Below are positions 42,813-52,964 of a DNA stretch of 64,000 nt, piece by piece. Numbering within the stretch: position 1 is the stretch's first letter; every line of letters begins with the position of its first letter. This stretch comes from a bacterium (GTDB lineage Bacteria; Electryoneota; Electryoneia; Electryoneales; Electryoneaceae). A model generated the notes under the pieces. The model saw only the letters and a list, made by a program, of their open reading frames with translations. It was not told the origin of the DNA and did not search any database. The stretch covers positions 64,001-128,000 of the forward strand of contig OY769902.1 of NCBI GenBank assembly GCA_963669175.1, read 5' to 3'. The position numbers were made by a program, and so were the translations under genes.

Positions 42813-43493
42813 CTAACACTTACTCAACATGTAACCTTTTCCTCGAATAGTCACAAGATTGACCTGGCTGTCCCGTAACAGTTTCCTCAATTTTGATATA
42901 TGAACATCTACGGTACGTGTTGATATACCGCTATCCACCCCCCACACGGTTGACAACAGTTGATCACGTTCAATCAACTCTTCCGGCCTGTTGAGAAAAA
43001 AGGCCAAAAGCGGGAACAGGATTCCGGGTAATTCAATTCTGGTATTCTTGCAATGCGCGCAACGATTGGATGGATCCAGGGATATCCCGGCATAGGATGT
43101 GACTTCGTTTTCTGCTTTGTGATTAAAGCCGGATCGACGCAACACCGCACGGATGCGTTCAATCAGCTCGTTCATCCCAAACGGTTTGACCACATAATCA
43201 TCCGCGCCCAGCCGGAATCCTTTTACCCGTTGCCACTCTTCACCCAGCGCTGTCAGCATGATTACCGGTGTATAGTCATTGGAAGAGCGCATATCGGTCA
43301 GTACTCGATACCCGTCCCGACCGGGCAGCATCAGGTCCAGCAACACCAGGTCCGGCTTCCGTTCCTGCCAGCATTTGACGCCGGAATCACCATTCCCGGC
43401 GCCAAATGCCTCGAAACCTTCTGCCTTGAGTTGATCAATCAGGCCGTTCCGCAGACGGGCGTTATCCTCGATGACCAGAATTCTCGGCTTCAT
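42813..43493 (-). CDS. OmpR/PhoB-family response regulator
   Basis: LLDLMLP, GADDYVVKPF, TRTVDVHISKLRK, TIRGKGY. Confidence 0.95.
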   Translation of the reverse strand: MKPRILVIEDNARLRNGLIDQLKAEGFEAFGAGNGDSGVKCWQERKPDLVLLDLMLPGRDGYRVLTDMRSSNDYTPVIMLTALGEEWQRVKGFRLGADDYVVKPFGMNELIERIRAVLRRSGFNHKAENEVTSYAGISLDPSNRCAHCKNTRIELPGILFPLLAFFLNRPEELIERDQLLSTVWGVDSGISTRTVDVHISKLRKLLRDSQVNLVTIRGKGYMLSKC

Positions 43494-45259
43494 GATACCT
43501 GTTCCAATTCGATGATGAAACGTGCGCCGCCACCCTCACGATCTTCCACCAGTACCCGTCCTTTCATCCGCTTCATCTCTTCACGCGCACCAGCTAATCC
43601 CAATCCCGCACCCGGATTCGGGCTACCCTTCAGGGTCTTGAATCGTTTGAATATCTTACGCTTGAAAGCATCCGGGATCCCCGGTCCACGATCTTCCACC
43701 AGGATACGAATCTTGTTTTCCGCTGTGCCCGCCGCAATCCGTATTTCCTTCCCGCCTGCGGCATGACGAACCACATTATCCAGCAGGTTCCGAAGTGCCG
43801 ATGCCAATCGATGCGGATAGACTTTTGTTTTTATCCCCTCGATCATAGCCAGATCGGTTTCAATGTTGATCCCCGCTCCTTCCAGCAATGGGGTAAAGGC
43901 AACGACTTCACGCTGGATCAGGGGCATCAGCTCAACCTGTTTGAGAACTTCACGTCCTGTTTTCCTGCCACGCGATTGCTCGAGAATATTCTCTACAGTC
44001 GCGCCAAGATGCAACGCTTCGTTCTGAATCGTGTTCAGATAGGCAGTCTGCTGATCCGGTTCCGTGATGCGTTTATCCAGCAGGCCTTCGGAATAGAGAC
44101 GAATGTTGGCAAGTGGTGTTCGCAATTCATGGGCAAGGTAATCGAGCAACCTGCGTTGACGGTTCTGCGCGATAATTGCATCGAGGATTACCAGGATGAG
44201 GATCAGCATTGCCAATCCGGCTTCGATATAAAAAGGTTGGAATCGCTGCCATGCTTGCGCGGTAAATCGTGAATACAGGAATGACGCCATTTGAACGCCA
44301 ATCGGACCACAAGATTCCCCTGATTCATTCCCTTCACGGGACAGCACATGCGCGCTGACCTGGGTTTCCCAGCCCGGCATACGATCAAACCGGACTTTCG
44401 GCATGATGAACATATGAGCGGGAATGGTCATAACCGAATCACGCCATGCGTTATGATGTCTGACCTTTTCCACATCCCCAACGGAAAAGAGAGTGTCGCC
44501 TCTTCCATCTTCCAGTAAAAGACCGTAATACCATGAATTCAATTCAGATACAAACTTGGGTTTAATGCCCCAATCTACGCTCTTCTCTCGGGCTTCTGCA
44601 CAAAGTTCGGGTAGTTCGACGAGATAAGCTTCCTTATTCCAGAATACACCGAACGTCTGAAAGAGCATCCGGCTCCTCAGTGTATCCGGTTCCAGTTTGT
44701 TAGGATAAGTGTACTGAGTAAACCCGAGGCTTTTCTGAAGAACACTGCGTACGGAATCCACACGTCCGGAATAGTCTCGCCACTGATCATGCGGCAGATC
44801 GTGCGGCAATTCATGGTCTTTACGGTTGTCATGGATCATATGCCGCCATTTCAGGAAATGGTGGAAGTCCGCCCTCATGGTAGCAGGGACAATGTCGGGC
44901 GGATAGATCAGCAGGGAATCACGAAGAAAATCATAGCCGAAGACACCATCAACAAGCGGATCATCAAGAAGCTGTTCTTTTGCTACGTCCACATATTGAC
45001 GTGTTGTCAATCCGGCTTCACGCCAGCGCTGGACAGTTGCATCCACCTCCTCGAAAGGTTGTTCCAGCACATCCCGGAAACGGTCTTCGATAAAGGCTTC
45101 CTTTTCAAAGGTGGTGTACTGCCAGGTTGCAATCGCGGCCAGGTAACCGGCTCGCATGGCGCTTGGGTTGAACACCAGGAAAATGACCAGCACACCCAGT
45201 GCAATCAGCACCAGTAACAGGCGAAACATGCGTAAACGTCCCATCGTCAATTCCTCCAT
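43490..45259 (-). CDS. Membrane sensor histidine kinase
   Basis: Two TM helices, AHELRTPL, NLLDNVVRH, DRGPGI, GAGLGL; coupled to the response regulator by an ATGA overlap. Confidence 0.92.
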   Translation of the reverse strand: MEELTMGRLRMFRLLLVLIALGVLVIFLVFNPSAMRAGYLAAIATWQYTTFEKEAFIEDRFRDVLEQPFEEVDATVQRWREAGLTTRQYVDVAKEQLLDDPLVDGVFGYDFLRDSLLIYPPDIVPATMRADFHHFLKWRHMIHDNRKDHELPHDLPHDQWRDYSGRVDSVRSVLQKSLGFTQYTYPNKLEPDTLRSRMLFQTFGVFWNKEAYLVELPELCAEAREKSVDWGIKPKFVSELNSWYYGLLLEDGRGDTLFSVGDVEKVRHHNAWRDSVMTIPAHMFIMPKVRFDRMPGWETQVSAHVLSREGNESGESCGPIGVQMASFLYSRFTAQAWQRFQPFYIEAGLAMLILILVILDAIIAQNRQRRLLDYLAHELRTPLANIRLYSEGLLDKRITEPDQQTAYLNTIQNEALHLGATVENILEQSRGRKTGREVLKQVELMPLIQREVVAFTPLLEGAGINIETDLAMIEGIKTKVYPHRLASALRNLLDNVVRHAAGGKEIRIAAGTAENKIRILVEDRGPGIPDAFKRKIFKRFKTLKGSPNPGAGLGLAGAREEMKRMKGRVLVEDREGGGARFIIELEQVS

Positions 45260-45373
45260 TAGTTTCTTGCCTGGTCATAGTGTAGAAGTTCGGGAATAAT
45301 GATGGAATAAAACAGGGAGGAAGGAATGTAAAAGAAATGTAAATTTGAGCGAATGATTACTCTAATTGACTAT

Positions 45374-45510
45374 TTGGCCCCGCCGGCTTGAAGCACGCTG
45401 TAGCGCCCTTGGCCCCGCCGGCTTGAAGCATGCTGTTGCGCTATTGGCCCCGCCGGCTTGAAGCATGCTGTTGCGCTATTGGCCCCGCCGGCTTGAAGCA
45501 CGCTGTAGCG
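45374..45510 (-). repeat. Four tandem 35-bp units (amplified end of module E)
   Basis: TTGGCCCCGCCGGCTTGAAGCA(C/T)GCTGT(A/T)GCG starts at 45374, 45409, 45444 and 45479; no unique spacers. Confidence 0.95.
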
Positions 45511-45680
45511 AAGCGGAAGCGGCTGCCCGGCGGGGTTTATTCTACATAGAGCATCAGTCCGCCTGTAGTCAGGTTGCAGCAAAAGGGGACTGTTTCCTTT
45601 TCGTCGCGCGTTGGTGAGATACCTGTGATGCGGTGAATCGAAAAGGTGACTGTCCCCTTTTGCAGGTGTCTTCTGCTCAG
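45479..45680 (-). repeat. Composite dispersed repeat, modules D2-E, inverted orientation
   Basis: Reverse complement matches 60310-60417 (D2) and 60930-61031 (E). Confidence 0.9.
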
Positions 45681-45818
45681 CATCGAGTAGCCCGGACCGT
45701 CCTCGGTCCGGGAGGTAAGAAACCAAAATGCAAGCAGTCAGGCCAAACGTCCACGCCGAATCTCGAGATACGCCTCGGCGCACAAGTCCTGTCTCTTGCT
45801 CACATCTTCGTGTTTCTG

Positions 45819-46120
45819 CCACCCCAGAGGGGGTGGTATATTTTAGCGTAGGGTTGACGCTGTCTGTTTAGCGTCTACCCTACGAAAAAGATCAAACCTT
45901 ATCTCAACCCTGGAAGGGTTGCATAACGTATAATTTACACCCAATTGGTTTGTATAGAATATAAAATGCGTTATTTCCTGTATTTATTGAACGTACTAAT
46001 ATGAATCGCGTATTATGCAACCCTTCCAGGGTTGATTATTCGTTAGAATACCTGACATAGTGTACAGGCCAAACAGACGGCCTGTACACTATGCTAAAAT
46101 AGGGAATCCCGCCGGGATTC
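45819..46120. repeat. REPIN-like palindrome cluster
   Basis: CAACCCTGGAAGGGTTGCATAA with exact inverse TTATGCAACCCTTCCAGGGTTG; hairpins CGTAGGGT...ACCCTACG and CATAGTGTACAGGCC...GGCCTGTACACTATG. Confidence 0.85.
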
Positions 46121-46335
46121 TAAAAATGCTATGTCCACAACTCTTTTACTGATACAGCTTTCAGAAGATGTGGGTAAGAGACAGCGCACAAGTCCCCGGT
46201 CGGAGCCTGGGATGACATGTAGGACTAACTTCTTTACCTCATTAAAATAGACCGCCGCCGGACAAGCGCCTTCTCTTCGTTCCGGCGCTTTCAAGCCGGC
46301 GGGGCCAATAGAGCGTCCTGCATCTGAGGCAAAAG

Positions 46336-46372
46336 CAAAAAAACGGGACAGACCTCGATAGGGCTGTCCCGA
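46336..46372 (-). terminator. Intrinsic terminator of the sdh operon
   Basis: CGGGACAG...CTGTCCCG stem with a minus-strand T run; related hairpin at 52916-52943. Confidence 0.7.
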
Positions 46373-46449
46373 TTTATTCTTCAACAAGAATTGTTTCTGT
46401 TTCAGCTTCTTCTGCTGTTTCAGTTTCTGCTTTTACTTCCGTTTCTACC

Positions 46450-47154
46450 CTACCACTTCTCCGACACCACTTTCCGTTGCAATTTGCTGATCGCTTCGGT
46501 CGGATTCAGATCTTTCGGGCAGGCGTGGAAGCAGTTGGTAATCTTGTGACACCGCCACAGGCCATGCTTGTTATCCAGTACCGGCAAGCGTTCTTCGAAG
46601 CCTTTGTCACGAGTGTCAAAGGTATACCGGAACGCTTTCAGCAGGGCCGCCGGGCCGAGGTAGTCCTGATCGTTCCAGAAACTCGGGCAGGAGCTGGTGC
46701 ACGCGCTGCACAGGATGCAGGCGATGCTGTTGCCCATCTGGTGGAACTCATCGGGCGACTGATGCCGTTCTTTCGCAGGCGGCGGTTCATCGTTAATCAG
46801 CCACGGCTTCACCTTCTTGAGAGCCTCGTAGAAGGGTTCCAGGTTCACTACCAGGTCACGGTACACTTCATAGCCCGGTAATGGATCGACTGTAATCACG
46901 CCACCCTTTAACTGGGATATCTGCAATTCACAGGCAAGGTCGTTCAGTCCGTTGATCATCATCGCGCATGACCCGCAGATACCGTGACGGCAGCTCCGGC
47001 GATACGCGAGGGTGCCATCGTGCTCCCACTTGATCGCGTTCAGTGCGTCCAGTACCGTCCAACCGGGTTTGACGTCGATTTCGTAGGACTTGTAGTACGG
47101 CTTCTTGTCCGTTTCCGGGTTGAACCGGAATACTTTGAACGTCCGCTTCGCCAT
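46450..47154 (-). CDS. sdhB: Succinate dehydrogenase iron-sulfur subunit
   Basis: RRSCRHGICGSC, CILCSACTSSCP, WRCHKITNCFHACPK. Confidence 0.97.
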   Translation of the reverse strand: MAKRTFKVFRFNPETDKKPYYKSYEIDVKPGWTVLDALNAIKWEHDGTLAYRRSCRHGICGSCAMMINGLNDLACELQISQLKGGVITVDPLPGYEVYRDLVVNLEPFYEALKKVKPWLINDEPPPAKERHQSPDEFHQMGNSIACILCSACTSSCPSFWNDQDYLGPAALLKAFRYTFDTRDKGFEERLPVLDNKHGLWRCHKITNCFHACPKDLNPTEAISKLQRKVVSEKW

Positions 47155-47411
47155 GATCACCTCTTTAAGCGATACACAAGATGACTCACAGGATGTTAGG
47201 ATACAAGGATGATAAGGATAAAACCCTTGGCATCTTGTAAATCCTGCATCATCTCATGTGTTTAGTCCTTTTTAAACTCCTGTCAAAACAATAACAATAT
47301 GTATATATACAATGATTAGAATCCATATCTGTCAACAATCATCATTAAGTAGCTATCCTTGACATCCTTCTATCCTATTATCCTGTCAGGCATTTTATCC
47401 TGTAAGTCAAT

Positions 47412-49163
47412 CTAGTATTTACGTTCCATCGGTTCGAAGCCGGGGTGTGTTGTCCCCTTCAGCATGACCGGTTTTTCGAACGTCAGCTTCCAATCGCCGT
47501 TTTCACGCCAGGCAAGGGTATGTTTCAGGAACTTCACGTCATCACGCTTGGGGAAGTCCTTGCGGGCATGACCGCCACGGCTTTCCTCACGCTGCAACGC
47601 ACCTTCCACAACGGCGCCGCTGAACTCGAGCAGATGGCCCAATTCGATCGCTTCCAGCAAATCGGTATTGAATCGGGTACTCTTGTCGTCAATGGTGATG
47701 TTCTTGAAGCGCGTTTCCAGTTCCTTGATCTTTTCTTTCTGGCTGGAAAGCTGTTTTTCGGTACGGAACACACCGCAATCGACCGTCATGGTTTCCTGCA
47801 GTTCCGAACGGATCTGGCCGACCTTTTCCTTGCCCTTGCTGTTCAGGACTGTCTCGATTTCCTGCTTCGCGGATTCGTCGAAATCTTTCGGTACATCCGG
47901 GAAATCAAGGTTGGGCAGGTCTTCCACGATTGTCTTACCAGCACGTCTCCCAAACAGAAGCGCTTCCAGCAGGCTGTTGGTGCCGAGACGATTCGCGCCG
48001 TGAACACTGATACAGGAACATTCACCCGCAGCGTAGAACCCTACAGTTTCATCACGATTCTCGTTGTAGGTCACACGGCAGTTCGGGTTAGCCGGAATGC
48101 CCCCCATGCTGTAATGCGCGGTCGGTTGAATCGGGATCGGCTCCTTGATCGGATCAACACCGGCGAAGTTCATCGCCAGCTCGGTGATCTGCGGGAGACG
48201 CTCCATCAGACGCTCCTTGCCAAGATGCGACACATCCAGGTGGATATAATCCTTCCCGTCAATGCCACGCCCTTCGTCGATTTCCGTCTGCATGGAACGC
48301 GCCACGAGGTCACGCGGTCCCAGTTCCATAAGCGTAGGAGCGTAATCCTCCATGAAACGACGTCCATCCTTGTTCTTCAGGTGCCCGCCTTCACCACGTG
48401 CGCCTTCCGTAACAAGGATACCACTCTGCCATAATCCGGTCGGGTGGAACTGGACAAACTCCATGTCCTGAATCGGCAACCCGGCACGGACAGCCAGCGC
48501 GAGACCGTCACCCGTATTGGCGTGGGCGTTGGATGTAATCTTGAACGCCCGTCCATACCCGCCGGTGCCGAACATGACCGCGCGGCCATAGAAGAAATGC
48601 AGGCCGCCGTTAACCATGTCCCAGGCCATTACGCCAACAGCACGATTCCCATCCATAATCAGGCTGATCGCCTGGAATTCACTGTAAAAGTGAACCCCAT
48701 GCTTCAGGCACTGTTCATGAAGCGTGTGCAGCAACACATGGCCCGTGTAGTCTGCGCTGTAGCAGGCGCGAAGCGAGGGCTCTTTCCCGAACTCGAGTGT
48801 GTGCCCGCCGAACTTCCGTTGCGCGATACGACCCTCGGGGGTACGGCTGAACGGGCAGCCCCAGTGTTCCATCTCGATTACGGTTTCCGGGGCTTCACGC
48901 ACCATCATTTCGATGGCGTCCTGGTCGCCCAGGTAGTCGCTGCCCTTGACCGTATCGAACATGTGGAATTCCCAACGGTCGGTTTCCGAGCCTTTCTCGT
49001 TTGCCAGCGACGCCGCAACGCCGCCCTGCGCCGCTCCGGAATGGGAACGACTGGGATAAACTTTGGTAAGTACGCCTACATCGGCGATTTGACCGATTTC
49101 CACGGCAGCTCGTGAACCGGCCAGACCCGCGCCGATGATGATAACATCATGTCGGTGAATCAT
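47412..49163 (-). CDS. sdhA: Succinate dehydrogenase flavoprotein subunit
   Basis: [16 protein letters not shown] (covalent-FAD His), [29 protein letters not shown]. Confidence 0.98.
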   Translation of the reverse strand: MIHRHDVIIIGAGLAGSRAAVEIGQIADVGVLTKVYPSRSHSGAAQGGVAASLANEKGSETDRWEFHMFDTVKGSDYLGDQDAIEMMVREAPETVIEMEHWGCPFSRTPEGRIAQRKFGGHTLEFGKEPSLRACYSADYTGHVLLHTLHEQCLKHGVHFYSEFQAISLIMDGNRAVGVMAWDMVNGGLHFFYGRAVMFGTGGYGRAFKITSNAHANTGDGLALAVRAGLPIQDMEFVQFHPTGLWQSGILVTEGARGEGGHLKNKDGRRFMEDYAPTLMELGPRDLVARSMQTEIDEGRGIDGKDYIHLDVSHLGKERLMERLPQITELAMNFAGVDPIKEPIPIQPTAHYSMGGIPANPNCRVTYNENRDETVGFYAAGECSCISVHGANRLGTNSLLEALLFGRRAGKTIVEDLPNLDFPDVPKDFDESAKQEIETVLNSKGKEKVGQIRSELQETMTVDCGVFRTEKQLSSQKEKIKELETRFKNITIDDKSTRFNTDLLEAIELGHLLEFSGAVVEGALQREESRGGHARKDFPKRDDVKFLKHTLAWRENGDWKLTFEKPVMLKGTTHPGFEPMERKY

Positions 49164-49176
49164 CGTTTCCTCCGGT

Positions 49177-49539
49177 TCAGAAAGGTTGGAAGTTGATTAC
49201 GGTAGTGAGGCCGGTGAGCCAGAGAATCACTCCGGCGAACCAGGTAAACCCTACCAGGAACATCCGCCAGCCGTCACGATGGATGTAATCGTGAATGTTC
49301 ATGATCACACCCTGAACCGAGTGATACAGAGCTGCAGACAGGAAAGCGATGTCGATGGTTTTCCAGAGCGGTGTAGACAGACGTGACGCGACTTCAGTAA
49401 AGGTCACGTTGCCACCGTTCAGGAAATGCAGAAACAGGTAATGCAGAACAAATGCGATCAGGATGACCAGTCCGGTGATCCGTTGCCAGATCCAGGCGGT
49501 TGATCCTCCCGAACCGGTACCGTATTGCCTCAATTTCAT
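49177..49539 (-). CDS. sdhD: Succinate dehydrogenase membrane anchor subunit
   Basis: WQRITG, three TM helices, YH...G...IHDY; operon position. Confidence 0.9.
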   Translation of the reverse strand: MKLRQYGTGSGGSTAWIWQRITGLVILIAFVLHYLFLHFLNGGNVTFTEVASRLSTPLWKTIDIAFLSAALYHSVQGVIMNIHDYIHRDGWRMFLVGFTWFAGVILWLTGLTTVINFQPF

Positions 49540-49554
49540 GACAGGCTCCTCGGG

Positions 49555-49938
49555 TTAGAATGGGAAGAATGACACGCCATGGCTGAGATCATGGATGGCA
49601 TGGCCGATCATGACATATCCGCCAAAAATCCAGATCGCGGCCCCTATGGCCATGAGAATGTAGAACAGTACTACGTGTTTTTCCGTGGCGCCGAAAAAGT
49701 CAATCAGCACCAACCGGACCCCGTTTAGCGAGTGATACACCACGCAGAACAACAAGCCCACTTCCAGGAAACGGAACATCGGCGCGGATACTACCGCCAT
49801 TGTCGCTTCAAATGTTTTGGGACCGAGTTGCAGGCTGGATATCACCCAGATGTGTAGAGAAATGTAGAACACGAGGGCAAGTCCTGTGATGCGATGAAGC
49901 ACCCAGGCGCTCATCCCCGTTTGCCAACGATAATGCAT
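49555..49938 (-). CDS. sdhC: Succinate dehydrogenase cytochrome b subunit
   Basis: WVLHRITG, YHSLNGVRLVLID; GGGGAGGG RBS before ATG 49938. Confidence 0.92.
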   Translation of the reverse strand: MHYRWQTGMSAWVLHRITGLALVFYISLHIWVISSLQLGPKTFEATMAVVSAPMFRFLEVGLLFCVVYHSLNGVRLVLIDFFGATEKHVVLFYILMAIGAAIWIFGGYVMIGHAIHDLSHGVSFFPF

Positions 49939-50361
49939 GAACCCTCCCCTCAAATCAGGTAGGATCAGGTACTGTACGCGCGATGAAAGCGAAGTGACAT
50001 CCCCGCTCGTCGGGGTTCGCAAAGTGGCGTACAGCCGTCCTTATCAGATAGACGAACGACCCAAAATGTACACCAATTATACCCTTTTCGAAAGGATGAC
50101 CCCCATGGAAACTGGAATCGGGGAGGAGAACTATACGCTGAAATATTGACCGTATACGTTTTGCGACGAGGAAAAAATAGAAGTTTTTACTCCAGACAAA
50201 CAATGTCAGAATTCAATACCGAGAAAAAAATAATGAAATTATTGTGCCTGCGAGATCTGCTCCCCGTAATATTACTTGTTTTATAGTGACTCGACAGTAT
50301 CATTCCCAAGTATCAGCCTGATCTGAACATTCCCAGGATTGGTTTTTCGGGCTACTGAGAT

Positions 50362-50501
50362 TCATGTTACCTGATTCTGCGCTTTCCGCTGCACGTACAA
50401 TGGGCGCCACCGTCTGGCTGCATGGCCCGATGTGCATGGGTACATCTTGATCATGGGTAAAAAGTTGCTATGAATGAAATGGCCGGTTTCAAGACAAAGG
50501 T
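50362..50501 (-). pseudogene. Relic of a small Cys-containing protein, paralogous to 50863-51093 and hit by the MITE
   Basis: Ends YPCT...PLYVQRKAQ versus YFCT...PLFVQRKAQ; no nearby in-frame start after removing the MITE. Confidence 0.45.
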
Positions 50502-50834
50502 AGTTGCTCGCAAGAATTTGTGCATATTCTCGACGAACACGTTTCGTCAGGTCTTGACGTGATGCCTTTTTCTTGTTCTTTTCCGCAACTTCAGACACTT
50601 GTACGACTTCACACCTGCTTTTTCACATGATAGATCGTCATCAGGCATCACATTGTGACCTGACGACAGCGAGAGTGCCGATACCGGTGGCAGGTCACAA
50701 CGCGACAATAACCAGGTGAGAGGTGGTGTTAGTATCATCGCGCATTCAGGAAAACAATGCGAAAGCCGAAAGCGGAATGTCGCGTCAAGACCTGCCACAA
50801 CATTGCCCGGATGCACAAATTCTTATAAGGAACC
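50502..50834. mobile_element. 333-bp MITE, copy 2
   Basis: Same length and colinear with copy 1; target duplication ACAAAGGT / ACAAAGAT (7 of 8 match). Confidence 0.88.
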
Positions 50835-50862
50835 ACAAAGATCAGCAGCACATCGGGAAAAA

Positions 50863-51093
50863 CTACTTCTGAGCCTTCCGTTGGACAAACAGAGGGCAAT
50901 CCACCCAGTCACCTTCGAGATTGCGTGTGCAGAAATAATCTTCCGGTTCTACGTCAACTCCGACAGCATGCAGCGACTGGTTCCACTTCTCCGGGTTGGA
51001 CTTGCGCAGCAGGCACTCGGCTTCCAATAAAGCCGGGGGCACGAACTCATCAAGCGCACGTTCGAACTTCAGCGCGTAATGTGCACAGGCCAT
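50863..51093 (-). CDS. Small hypothetical protein with 4 Cys (76 aa)
   Basis: Strong GGAGGTG RBS before ATG; MACAHY...AECLL...YFCT...DCPLF. Confidence 0.65.
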   Translation of the reverse strand: MACAHYALKFERALDEFVPPALLEAECLLRKSNPEKWNQSLHAVGVDVEPEDYFCTRNLEGDWVDCPLFVQRKAQK

Positions 51094-51253
51094 AATCACC
51101 TCCACATGAAAAGACTGTGAATTTTTCCTGTCATTAAAAGCTAGTGTGAATTCCCCTTCTCTGCAAGACACTTTCATGTATAAATTGTGAAACTACAGCC
51201 ACTTATACAGGCTTCCCACATCTCCTGAAGAACCACACCTGAACAGTTGCACC

Positions 51254-51281
51254 AAAAAAAAACGGGTCTGGAAAGACCCGA
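51254..51281 (-). terminator. Intrinsic terminator
   Basis: CGGGTCT-GGAA-AGACCCG with a T9 run on the minus strand. Confidence 0.8.
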
Positions 51282-51315
51282 TTAAATTTCTCTCTTTTGT
51301 AGAACTTCACAAGAG

Positions 51316-52461
51316 CTAATTCTGTATCATCCTTTCAATTGCTTCCGCAATCCGCTCATCGCTGCTGGTTATCGAAGCACGCACCCAGCCTTCGCCTTTT
51401 TCTCCGAATCCTCGACCAGGTGTCAGGATTACGCCCTTTTTCATCATGCGATCCACAAAAGCCATATCATCATCCACCTGCACCCAGACGAAGAAAGTTG
51501 CCGGGACACGGAAGACCTGCTTTACACCATCCACTTTCGCCAGCCCATCTTCCAGCGTTTGCTTGCGTCTTGCGTAAATCCCGAATGATTCCAGCATCTC
51601 AGCAGGAGGTTCCGAGCCTTTGTATGTCATCAATGCATCGCCCATGGCACGCTGGATGAACACCGGCGCTCCGCTGTCCACCTGGGTTTTCACTTTCACC
51701 ATCGAGGCCAGCGTATCCGCATCGCCCACCGCAAACCCGATACGATAGCCGGTGCTGTTCATCGTCTTGGACAAGCTGTGCAATTCAACCGCTTTGCGAG
51801 TGTATTGAAGAATAGACTGCGGCTTCTCTTCACCAAAGGCCAGCTCACAATAGGCGGCATCCCATGCCACCAAAGTTTCATCAGCATGCGCTTCGGCCCA
51901 CTCCCCTGTTTCCCGGTAAAACTCTTTCGGCGCCAAGGCTCCAGTCGGATTGTTGGGGTAATTCAGGAAGAGGATACGAGCGCCTTCGGCATCGTCCAGA
52001 TTTGGGAGGAAGCCATTTTCCGGATGTAATACCAACGACTGCACGTGTGCATCGTTCAAAGCAGCGCCAGCTCCGGCATAAACCGGGTAACCCGGTGTCG
52101 GCGCGGCAACCTTGTCACCCGGATTAACCACAGCTCTCGCCAGGTCGGCCAACCCCTCTTTTGATCCCAGCGTAACCACAATCTCACGGTCCGGGTCCAA
52201 TTCTACTCCGAAACGCCCCTTAAACCACTGCGCGATCTGCTTCCGTACACCCGCATCTCCCTTGCTGGTCGGGTACTGATGCGAATCGGGATCATCAAGA
52301 TGACGAATCAACGATTCCTGCAGGAATCGTGGTGGACGCAAATCCGGATCGGCAATTCCCAGGTCAATCAAATCCACCCCGGCCGCTTCCAGCTCGGCCG
52401 CTTTGCGTTCCAGTTCAGCGAAAAGGTATGGCGGTAAATTATCAAGTCGTTTGGCACGCAT
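51316..52461 (-). CDS. PLP-dependent class I/II aminotransferase, LL-diaminopimelate aminotransferase-like
   Basis: LPPYLFAEL, IDLGIADPD, GSKEGL, LNYPNNPTG, DAAY, HSLSKTMNSTGYRIG. Confidence 0.88.
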   Translation of the reverse strand: MRAKRLDNLPPYLFAELERKAAELEAAGVDLIDLGIADPDLRPPRFLQESLIRHLDDPDSHQYPTSKGDAGVRKQIAQWFKGRFGVELDPDREIVVTLGSKEGLADLARAVVNPGDKVAAPTPGYPVYAGAGAALNDAHVQSLVLHPENGFLPNLDDAEGARILFLNYPNNPTGALAPKEFYRETGEWAEAHADETLVAWDAAYCELAFGEEKPQSILQYTRKAVELHSLSKTMNSTGYRIGFAVGDADTLASMVKVKTQVDSGAPVFIQRAMGDALMTYKGSEPPAEMLESFGIYARRKQTLEDGLAKVDGVKQVFRVPATFFVWVQVDDDMAFVDRMMKKGVILTPGRGFGEKGEGWVRASITSSDERIAEAIERMIQN

Positions 52462-52632
52462 GTTCTATCCTGAATGTTGTTAAACGCTACCGTGTTACAA
52501 TGGAAAAGATACAACTTTGACGAAGTTTGATATCCACGTCATTGGTCCCGCATTTTCTGTGAGAATTTCCAAACCAAAGGCAACCGTTATAAGATTTCCG
52601 TTTTCTTCTGTGAAAGAGTTCCAAATCAAAGA

Positions 52633-52893
52633 AAACCACGGTAGTGGTTTCCTGTATTAGCCCACCGTCCAGCGCCGTCCGTTTGGCGCTCACGGTGGGA
52701 GAAGAACGCCCCCCACTCACAAACAACCACGGCAGTGGTTGCCTATGTCCGTAAGTAATACGACAGACTGTTTCAAGAAAACTTCTCTGTTCATACAATT
52801 TCGGGTCATAATTTAATTCGTCTAACTGGAGCCGACACAACAAGTTCCGTCAGGTCTTGCGCATACGGTTTTTTTGCGTGTGACCTGACGGGC
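52633..52893. repeat. REP-like palindromes
   Basis: AACCACGG(T/C)AGTGGTT twice around a CCCACCGT...ACGGTGGG stem; also CGTCAGGTC...GACCTGACG, a motif shared with the MITE interior. Confidence 0.65.
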
Positions 52894-52964
52894 GTATACA
52901 ATTCAGAAGAAGAACAGGGACTGCCCCCATCGAGGTCTGTCCCACTTTGCACCTGAAATTAATG

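Noticed and set aside
45374-45510. CRISPR array
   Set aside because: Units are head-to-tail 35-mers with no unique spacers, and there are no cas genes in the window.
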